In this document: piece after piece, positions 57,220 through 64,000 of the stretch
Position numbering within the stretch: position 1 is the stretch's first letter
How the letters are laid out: the number at the start of each line of letters is the position of its first letter
NCBI GenBank assembly: GCA_040081625.1
Contig: JBEBGD010000005.1
Location: 1 to 64,000 of the forward strand
DNA from: Chthoniobacteraceae bacterium
Lineage (GTDB): Bacteria > Verrucomicrobiota > Verrucomicrobiia > Chthoniobacterales > Chthoniobacteraceae
DNA length: 64,000 nt
Reading direction: 5' to 3'
Translations under genes and position numbers: made by a program
The notes under the pieces: model-generated
Seen by the model: the letters and a program-made list of their open reading frames with translations, nothing else
The model's database searches: none
What the model was told of the DNA's origin: nothing

Positions 57220-58383
57220 GTGCAGAAATCGCTCGACCAAAAGATCGCCGACATTCGAGCGAACCCTTCGGGGAGCAAGGCGTTCATCATCGCCGACGCG
57301 AAGGACGCCGACATGGCCTTCGGGATCACCGCGCCGGGGCAGAAGCGGCCGATGAATCCCGAGCGCGTGCTCAAGTCGGAGATCCACTGGAAGACGCTCG
57401 AGGAATATCGCGAGCAGATCCGCGCGGTCGTGCGGCAGGGGATCGTGGACATCATGCTCTGCTCGGCGTCGAACATCGAGCAACTGGCGATGCGCGAGCG
57501 GCTGTTCGAGGGCTCGCACATCACGCCCGCCGCGCGCGCGAACGACACGACGGACATCTGGGTCATTCGCGGCGCCGGTTACATCCAGCAGCCATCGATG
57601 CCGTTTCGCAGCGCGACGATCGACCACATCAAGTGCGGTAAAATCGACTGCGAACCCGACAAGCCGCACGCCGGCGCGGACCTTGGCCTCTACTCGGTCA
57701 CCTTCACGAACAACCTCGCGCTCGACTACGAAACGCTGCGCGCGTTCAAGGAATTCCGCGAGGAAGCGGAGCGAAAGTCGTTTCGCTATTTCCTCGAAGT
57801 CTTCGACCCGAACGTTGATCCCGGCATCTCCGCTGAGAAGGTCGATGGCTTCATCAACGACCACATCATCCGCAGTCTCGCCGGCGTGACCGCGCGCGGA
57901 CGGCCCGTCTTTTTGAAGATCGTCTATCGCGGCCCGAAGGCGATGGAAGAGCTCGCCGCTTACGATCCGAACCTCATCGTCGGCATCCTCGGCGGCGGCG
58001 CGGGCACGACCTACGACGCATTCAAGCTCATCGCCGAGGCGCAGAAATACGGCGCGCGCGTCGCGCTGTTCGGACGCAAGATCAACCAGGCCGAGCACCC
58101 GCTCGCGTTCATCGAAATGCTGCGCCGGATCGTCGAGCACGAGATTGAACCCGAAGAAGCCGTGCGCGCCTACCACGGCGTGTTGCAAGGCGTCGGCATC
58201 GCGCCGCTGCGCAAGCTCGAGGACGATTCACAGCTCACGAGCGGCGTCACGAGCTACGGCGGCTCGAACGGCCGCACGATCACCACCGGCCGCGCGCCCG
58301 AGAAGAGCGCGCCCGCTTCCAACAACAACAACGGCCACGTCGCCGCGCAGCTCGCGCGAATCCGGCAACGGCTCGGAGAATAA
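57220..58383 (+). CDS. Uncharacterised TIM-barrel protein, class I aldolase-like
   Basis: FLEVF, FLKIVY (candidate Schiff-base Lys), GILGGG, ALFGRKINQAEHP. Confidence 0.6.
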   Translation: MQKSLDQKIADIRANPSGSKAFIIADAKDADMAFGITAPGQKRPMNPERVLKSEIHWKTLEEYREQIRAVVRQGIVDIMLCSASNIEQLAMRERLFEGSHITPAARANDTTDIWVIRGAGYIQQPSMPFRSATIDHIKCGKIDCEPDKPHAGADLGLYSVTFTNNLALDYETLRAFKEFREEAERKSFRYFLEVFDPNVDPGISAEKVDGFINDHIIRSLAGVTARGRPVFLKIVYRGPKAMEELAAYDPNLIVGILGGGAGTTYDAFKLIAEAQKYGARVALFGRKINQAEHPLAFIEMLRRIVEHEIEPEEAVRAYHGVLQGVGIAPLRKLEDDSQLTSGVTSYGGSNGRTITTGRAPEKSAPASNNNNGHVAAQLARIRQRLGE

Positions 58384-58385
58384 TT

Positions 58386-59702
58386 ATGTCACTTATCGAT
58401 CAAGTCAGACTAGCGGGTGTCGTCGGCGCGGGCGGCGGCGGATTCCCGGCGCACGTGAAGCTCGGCTCGAAAGCCGAGATCATCATCGCCAACGGCGCCG
58501 AGTGCGAACCGCTGCTGCATAAGGACGCCGCGGTGATGGAACACTACGCCGCCGACGTCGTGCGCGGTGTCGAGCTGTGCATGGCCGCGACCGGCGCGAG
58601 CGATGGCGTCGTCGGCATCAAGGCGAAGAAAAAGAAAGCCGTCGAAGCGATCGAGCAGGCGTGCAAGGGAACGCGCGTCCGCGTGCAGTTGCTCGGCGAC
58701 TTCTACCCCGCGGGCGACGAATACGACCTCACCTATGAGGTCACCGGCAAACTCATCCCGCCCGGCGGACTGCCCATCCACATCGGCGCGATCGTCAGCA
58801 ACGTCGAGACGCTCGCGAACATCGCGCAGGCCGTCGATGGCAAACCGGTCACGCACAAAACCATCACCATCGCCGGCGCCGTCGCCGAGCCCGTGTCGCT
58901 CACCGTCCCGATCGGCATCAGCTACCGCGAGTGCATCGCCGCAGCGGGCGGCGCGACGTGCGACGATCCCGTGCTCGCCATCGGCGGACTCATGATGGGC
59001 GAGACGAGCGACGATCTCGACCGGTCCGTCGTCAAGACGAGCACCGGTGCGATCATCCTCTCGCGCACGCATCACGTGATGGAGAAGAAGTTCAAGCCCG
59101 CGAAAGTGCAGGCTTCGATCGGAAAATCCGCGTGCGACCAGTGCCGCTACTGCACCGAGTTTTGCCCGCGCTTTCTGCTCGGCTACCAGGTCGAGCCGCA
59201 TCAGGTCATGCGCACGCTCGCCTTCAGCGGCACCGGCGCCGAGCGCTTCAACGAATGGGCCGCGCTCTGCTGCTCGTGCGGCCTCTGCACACTCTACGCC
59301 TGCCCCGAGGAACTCTATCCGAAGGAAGCGTGCGACGACTCGAAAGCCGTCCTGCGCTTGCAGAACTTCAAGTGGACCGGCAAGACCGACATCAAAGTTC
59401 ATCCGATGCGCGAAGGCCGGCACGTGCCGATCAAAACGCTCATGCAAAAGATGCACGTCGAGGAATACGACAACCCCGCGCCGCTGCGCGCCGGCATCGT
59501 CGAGACGCAGCGACTTGTTCTCCCGCTCAAGCAAAGCGCCGGCGGCCCCACGACGCCGCTCGTGAAAGCTGGCGACACCGTAAAAGCCGGCCAGCCCATT
59601 TCCGAACCCGCACCCAACGCCGTCGGCGCGATCATCCACGCGCCCTTCGCCGGCACCGTCGCCGCCGTCAGCGCGACCAGCATCACCATCACGAAGAAAT
59701 GA
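58386..59702 (+). CDS. pduS: PduS/RnfC-like flavin and 4Fe-4S oxidoreductase
   Basis: GVVGAGGGGFP, NGAECEP, YPAGDE, GGLMMG, CDQCRYCTEFCP, CCSCGLC..YACP. Confidence 0.85.
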   Translation: MSLIDQVRLAGVVGAGGGGFPAHVKLGSKAEIIIANGAECEPLLHKDAAVMEHYAADVVRGVELCMAATGASDGVVGIKAKKKKAVEAIEQACKGTRVRVQLLGDFYPAGDEYDLTYEVTGKLIPPGGLPIHIGAIVSNVETLANIAQAVDGKPVTHKTITIAGAVAEPVSLTVPIGISYRECIAAAGGATCDDPVLAIGGLMMGETSDDLDRSVVKTSTGAIILSRTHHVMEKKFKPAKVQASIGKSACDQCRYCTEFCPRFLLGYQVEPHQVMRTLAFSGTGAERFNEWAALCCSCGLCTLYACPEELYPKEACDDSKAVLRLQNFKWTGKTDIKVHPMREGRHVPIKTLMQKMHVEEYDNPAPLRAGIVETQRLVLPLKQSAGGPTTPLVKAGDTVKAGQPISEPAPNAVGAIIHAPFAGTVAAVSATSITITKK

Positions 59703-60250
59703 CTCCAAAATCCATCGGCCTCATCGAACTCTCCAGCGTCGCCTCCGGCTTCAGCGTCGCCGACGCCGCGCTCAAGGCCGGCAACGTGAAGCTCCTGCTC
59801 TCGCGCTCCATTTGCTCCGGCAAATACATGGTCCTCGTCGCGGGCGAAACCGCTGGCGTCGAAGCCGCGATCGAGACCGCAACCGAAGTCGCCAACGGCT
59901 GCCTCATCGACCGCATCGTCATCGCGAACCTGCATCCCGACGTCTTCATGGCGATCGGCCGCACCACGCCCGTCGAGCCGACCGGTGCGCTCGGCATCGT
60001 CGAGTCCTTCAACGTCGCCACGCTCGTCAAAGCCGCCGACGCCGCGGCGAAAGCCGGCGAAGTGACGCTGCTCGAAGTCCGTCTCGCGATGGCCCTCGGC
60101 GGAAAAGCATTCTTCACCTGCACCGGCGAAGTGAGCTCCGTGCAAGCCGCCGTCGCCGCCGCCCGCGCCGTCATCGCCGAAGCCGGCGTCCTCGTGAACG
60201 CCGTAGTGATCCCGCGCCCGCACCCGGACGTGTATCGCGAGGTGATCTAA
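59699..60250 (+). CDS. pduT: BMC-T tandem shell protein, PduT-like
   Basis: IGLIELSSVA, SICSGKY (Fe-S Cys), ALGIVE, LGGKA, VIPRPH. Confidence 0.85.
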   Translation: MTPKSIGLIELSSVASGFSVADAALKAGNVKLLLSRSICSGKYMVLVAGETAGVEAAIETATEVANGCLIDRIVIANLHPDVFMAIGRTTPVEPTGALGIVESFNVATLVKAADAAAKAGEVTLLEVRLAMALGGKAFFTCTGEVSSVQAAVAAARAVIAEAGVLVNAVVIPRPHPDVYREVI

Positions 60251-60308
60251 TCTCTCCGGGCGCGCGCCTGATCTTGCCCGCCGCGCGGGAAGCGAATACC
60301 CTGCCCGC

Positions 60309-60533
60309 ATGAACGCCGTCACCGATGCCACGCCAGCACCGACGCCGCTTTCCGCGGAAGTCGCGGAAGCCGCGCGCGCACTCGTGCGGGAGTTCCCGGA
60401 GTGCTTTTGGTTTCGCCATCCCGACGCGCCTCTCAAGACTGTGGAGGAAGCTCGCCTCGTAGTGTTGCACCTGCGCGAATACGGCGGGCACCGCGCGTGG
60501 CGCGAAGCGCAACGGCTGCACTCATGCCTGTAA
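60309..60533 (+). CDS. Small protein, putative antitoxin partner
   Basis: 74 aa with FPECFWF...LREYGG; overlaps the downstream nucleotidyltransferase-like gene. Confidence 0.65.
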   Translation: MNAVTDATPAPTPLSAEVAEAARALVREFPECFWFRHPDAPLKTVEEARLVVLHLREYGGHRAWREAQRLHSCL

Positions 60534-61348
60534 CGCCCTTCCAGCGCGAAGTCCTCGGCGTCATCGCCGCGAACCGGAACGAGGAGAGTCATTTCGCCGG
60601 TGGCCTCGTGCTCAACGCGGCCACGGACTCCGCGCGTTTCAGCCACGACTTCGACATCTTCCACGAAGCCGCCGCGGATGTCGCCCGCGCCAGCGACGCC
60701 GATGTCGTCGCGTTGCGCGGAGCTGGCTACGAGGTCGCGCCCATCCGCGGAAACTGGTCCAAGCCCGACACCTTCCGCAAAGCCCGCGTCGTCCGCGGCG
60801 AGGAGCACGTCGAGATTGATTGGGCCGCCGATTCCGCCTTCCGTTTTTTCCCCGTGGAGAAGGATCCGCTGCTCGGCTGCCGGCTGCACCTTTTCGACAT
60901 GGCGACAAACAAAGCCCTCACACTCAGCGCCCGCACCGAGACGCGCGACTACGTGGACATCGTCGAATTGCACCGCTTCTTCCCACTCTCCGCCATCGTC
61001 TGGGCCGCGTGCGGCAAAGACCCCGGCTTCAGCCCGCTCCACCTGCTGAAAATGATGCGTCGCTTCGCCAAAATCGACCCCGTGAAGCTCGGTGAAATCC
61101 AAGCCCGCAACCTCGACCCGCAAGCCCTCAAACGCGCGTGGATTGAAATGTCCGACGAAGCCGACGCGAAAATCACCCACCTCGCCGACACGCAGCCGGA
61201 CACGCCCATCGGTGTCGCGTTCGTGGACGCGGCGGGCCAACCCGGCTGGCTCGGCGACAATCCCGCGCTCACGATTCATCACCCGGGCATCCGCGGTTGC
61301 GTGCCGCGCGTGGATGGGCTGGAGCCGGAGATCCCGAAGCGTCCGTAA
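60524..61348 (+). CDS. AbiEii-like nucleotidyltransferase (type IV TA toxin-like)
   Basis: HFAGGLVL, RFSHDFDIF, NKALTL..R...RDYVD. Confidence 0.75.
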   Translation: MPVTPFQREVLGVIAANRNEESHFAGGLVLNAATDSARFSHDFDIFHEAAADVARASDADVVALRGAGYEVAPIRGNWSKPDTFRKARVVRGEEHVEIDWAADSAFRFFPVEKDPLLGCRLHLFDMATNKALTLSARTETRDYVDIVELHRFFPLSAIVWAACGKDPGFSPLHLLKMMRRFAKIDPVKLGEIQARNLDPQALKRAWIEMSDEADAKITHLADTQPDTPIGVAFVDAAGQPGWLGDNPALTIHHPGIRGCVPRVDGLEPEIPKRP

Positions 61349-61350
61349 TC

Positions 61351-61438
61351 CGCCGCCGCCGCCCGCGCCGTGATCGCCGAATCCGGCGTCTTCGTGATTC
61401 CGCGCCCGCACCCGGACGTGTATCGCGAGGTGATTTGA
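61351..61438 (+). repeat. Degenerate duplicate of the pduT 3' end (60151-60250)
   Basis: Near-identical sequence with a 12-bp deletion, ending at its own stop codon. Confidence 0.9.
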
Positions 61439-61468
61439 CGGAATACCGGAGCGGCTGCTTGATGAGAG

Positions 61469-63772
61469 CTACCGCTTTCTTGCGAAGATCAAGGCGCGGC
61501 GAACGAAGCCGGTGAGTGCGGCAGCGTTGATGATCTGCGTCTGCCGCGCGTGATTCGGCTCGTGGTGAAATAGGTTGGCGTATTCGATCAGATCGCGCAG
61601 TTCCTGAGTATCCTGAGCATTGAGGATTTCCTGCGGCGTATTCACCCGTTGCTCACAAAGTCCTCGAAATGAGCCGAGCAGCGTGCCGGGCGGAAAGTGC
61701 TCTGGATAAGCGACGCGCAAGAACGCTTCAAGCAACGGTCTGATCGAGCTGGCGACCTCGCGCTCGTTCTGACCGGCATTCGCCAAGTAGGCGCGCAAAA
61801 TTTCATGCCGACGGTCGTGCCACGTCACGCAGTCCTCATCAACATTCCATGCTGCGATCGTCGAGCCATCGCCGTCGCGTGTTACCTGGAGCGCTGCGCG
61901 CATCGTCGAATCCGTGCCTTCCCAAATCCGGCAAAGGAATGGCTTGGTGTGCGACAGCACGATTACTTGAGCAACGCGCGCTGCGAGACGCCGAAGTTCC
62001 TGCACGGTGGTTAAAGAGCGATGCTCATCGAGGCTCGAAACCGGATCGTCAATCGCGACAATCTTATCTGCCAAATTTTGATCGAGCTCGAGCGAAGCGA
62101 AAAAGAATGCCAGCGCCAAGGTGTTCCGATCACCGGCGCTGAGTGTGTTTCGGAACGAGTGCGTGCCGGGCTGGGGCTCACCCCCGGCAACTGCAACCGC
62201 CACATTGTTGATAACGACATTGTAGGTGCATGCCGGTCCACTGCGAGTGTTGGTCGCGGCGACGCGATCGAGACGAAAGCCTGCATTGAACCGATCCAAA
62301 TAGCGGTTGATCGCGGCTTCGTAATTCGGAAACACAGTCGCTCGGTATCGTTCGAGCGCAGTGCGAGCCTGATTCCTGAGTTGCTCGGTTGCAGCTTTCG
62401 CGCGTTTCTCCTCAAGGTAAGCGTCACACAACTGCGCCGTTGCCGGCGTATGTCTGGCCTTGGTCGCTTGCAGCCGAGAAAGACTCGCGGCAATCGCTGC
62501 CGGATTCGCGGTAGCGACTCGTTGCTTGACCGCAGCAATGGTCTGATTGGCCTGAACAAGCTGCTGGTTGATCAATTCCACCAGCGCTCGATGCGCTGCG
62601 TAAGCCGCAACTGCGGATCGTGCGTCATCGGCGACGGGTAAAGGTTCGAGCGGAGATGCCTGCTTTGCGGACAAAAGCGCAGCGAGATGCTGACGCGCCG
62701 CTTGCCAATCGCGAGCGATGGCCGCCGTGTCGATTTCCAACGTCGGCACTTCACAGAACCGCGACCAAAACTGCCGACGTTCGCCGAGAACTCGAACCGC
62801 CCGTTCGAACGCCGCTGCCGCATCGCCATTATGCACCCGCCCAAGTGCCGCCAACGCATCCGCGATACTGCGTTTCAAGCTGCGATACGCCTCGCTGAAG
62901 AACGCCCGATAATGGGCGATCACCGGCGAGCCGGAGAGATTCTGTGCGCAAAACACGCAGCTTGTAGAGTCAGGTGCCGGTCTTTCTGATTGGCGGCGCA
63001 TTCCCTCGGAAATCCATTCTTCCGCCCCTACTCCGGCGGTCGCCAGATGAGCGTGAACGCGTGCGGCTGCGACTGCATCGAGTTCCGGCACGCTCGCTTG
63101 AAGGACGCGTTCGATCGTTTGCAAATCGAGAACCGGCAAACTCAGCATTTCGAAAGCTGGTGTGTTCCGCACGGGATCCTGCTCACGGCTGGCCGCGAGG
63201 TTTCGTTCCGCTGCTTGAATGTCTTGGTCCACGTTTTCGTTCACGGGGAGCACGCAAAAGTCATCCACTGACAGGTCGCCGCGTGCGGCCGCGGGAATCG
63301 CCGCTGCTCGCTGGCGTAGAGTGCTGTTGTGAACTTCGATCCTGTCGATGTGTTGCTGGAGTTGCCGATTCAGCCCGACTCCTTGCGCACCGAGGATCAA
63401 TTCGTGAAGGTTATGCCGATGATCGGTGCCGACCATCAGTCCCGAATAGACATTCTGGTCAACGAACAGATCGTCGAAGACGACCATGTTGGGCAAGGTG
63501 CGGTTCCACACACCGTTCTGGAACATCGCGTTGGGTGGACCGCCCACGCAGCCAATTACCACGTGCGGCGGATGTTGTGCCGCCAAACGCCTGCGCTCGA
63601 CAATCGGAATGTGATCGCCAGTTGCCAGCGAACGAAGAATGGCGGCGAGCGTCGTCTTGCCTTGCCCATTTTCGGCATAGATCAAAGTCAGCCGTCCGAG
63701 CGGTATATTTGCGGCAGTCGTGACGGATTCAAAACGTCCGATGTTCCGCAGGAGGTGGAGATTCGTGATCAT
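61469..63772 (-). CDS. RloC-like (AAA_13) Rad50/SMC-type ABC ATPase with zinc hook and possible C-terminal HEPN domain
   Basis: AENGQGKT, coiled coil with CVFC hook, LSAGDR, IDDPVSSLD, LSH, RPLLE...YANLFHH; visibly lower GC than the flanks. Confidence 0.8.
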   Translation of the reverse strand: MITNLHLLRNIGRFESVTTAANIPLGRLTLIYAENGQGKTTLAAILRSLATGDHIPIVERRRLAAQHPPHVVIGCVGGPPNAMFQNGVWNRTLPNMVVFDDLFVDQNVYSGLMVGTDHRHNLHELILGAQGVGLNRQLQQHIDRIEVHNSTLRQRAAAIPAAARGDLSVDDFCVLPVNENVDQDIQAAERNLAASREQDPVRNTPAFEMLSLPVLDLQTIERVLQASVPELDAVAAARVHAHLATAGVGAEEWISEGMRRQSERPAPDSTSCVFCAQNLSGSPVIAHYRAFFSEAYRSLKRSIADALAALGRVHNGDAAAAFERAVRVLGERRQFWSRFCEVPTLEIDTAAIARDWQAARQHLAALLSAKQASPLEPLPVADDARSAVAAYAAHRALVELINQQLVQANQTIAAVKQRVATANPAAIAASLSRLQATKARHTPATAQLCDAYLEEKRAKAATEQLRNQARTALERYRATVFPNYEAAINRYLDRFNAGFRLDRVAATNTRSGPACTYNVVINNVAVAVAGGEPQPGTHSFRNTLSAGDRNTLALAFFFASLELDQNLADKIVAIDDPVSSLDEHRSLTTVQELRRLAARVAQVIVLSHTKPFLCRIWEGTDSTMRAALQVTRDGDGSTIAAWNVDEDCVTWHDRRHEILRAYLANAGQNEREVASSIRPLLEAFLRVAYPEHFPPGTLLGSFRGLCEQRVNTPQEILNAQDTQELRDLIEYANLFHHEPNHARQTQIINAAALTGFVRRALIFARKR

Positions 63773-64000
63773 GGCGTTTGTGCAGTGAGGATCCCCTTCA
63801 ATACCGGGTGCCAATGGCACAAAGCAATCCGTCGAAGGTCGCGATTGCGCCAGATTACGACCTGAGGTTGACCCGCAGTTATCCTCCGTCCACTCTCGCA
63901 GTCGTGCGCGTTCGCAACACTCAGACCTTTCTCTCGCTCTACTACGAGCCAAACGCCGTCGAGTTTGCGACGGGCGGGGCTGACCCTTACGCGACGGCGG

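Noticed and set aside
1..64000. tRNA/rRNA genes, integrases, transposases, prophage genes
   Set aside because: None recognised; intergenic gaps are short and no such motifs were seen, though a covariance-model search was not possible.

Overview
High-GC bacterial DNA. The gene content (sulfatases, giant repeat surface proteins, a PV-type microcompartment locus, a UBact-like tag) suggests a Verrucomicrobia/PVC organism; this is an inference. In order: the 3' part of a giant repeat surface protein; ribH-nusB-ftsY; three sulfatases interrupted by a patch of small accessory cassettes and short repeats (13.7-18.2 kb); a ~17 kb co-oriented locus (21.4-38.5 kb); a three-propeller Kelch surface protein; a few housekeeping genes; a DeoR-regulated microcompartment locus; a TA-like cassette flanked by a duplicated gene end; and an RloC-like ATPase. 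The 21.4-38.5 kb locus is the standout. An atypical sigma-70 factor and a ZAS anti-sigma/Lon-like/STAND-NTPase/WD40 fusion precede a translationally coupled operon. That operon joins a ubiquitin-type cascade (FHA-RING, E1, E2, Ubl, JAB) to a pupylation-type cascade (ARC/Mpa-like ATPase, Dop-like, UBact/Pup-like tag, split PafA-like-TPR). No 20S proteasome genes are in the window. All family calls are from motifs read by eye; no searches were run.
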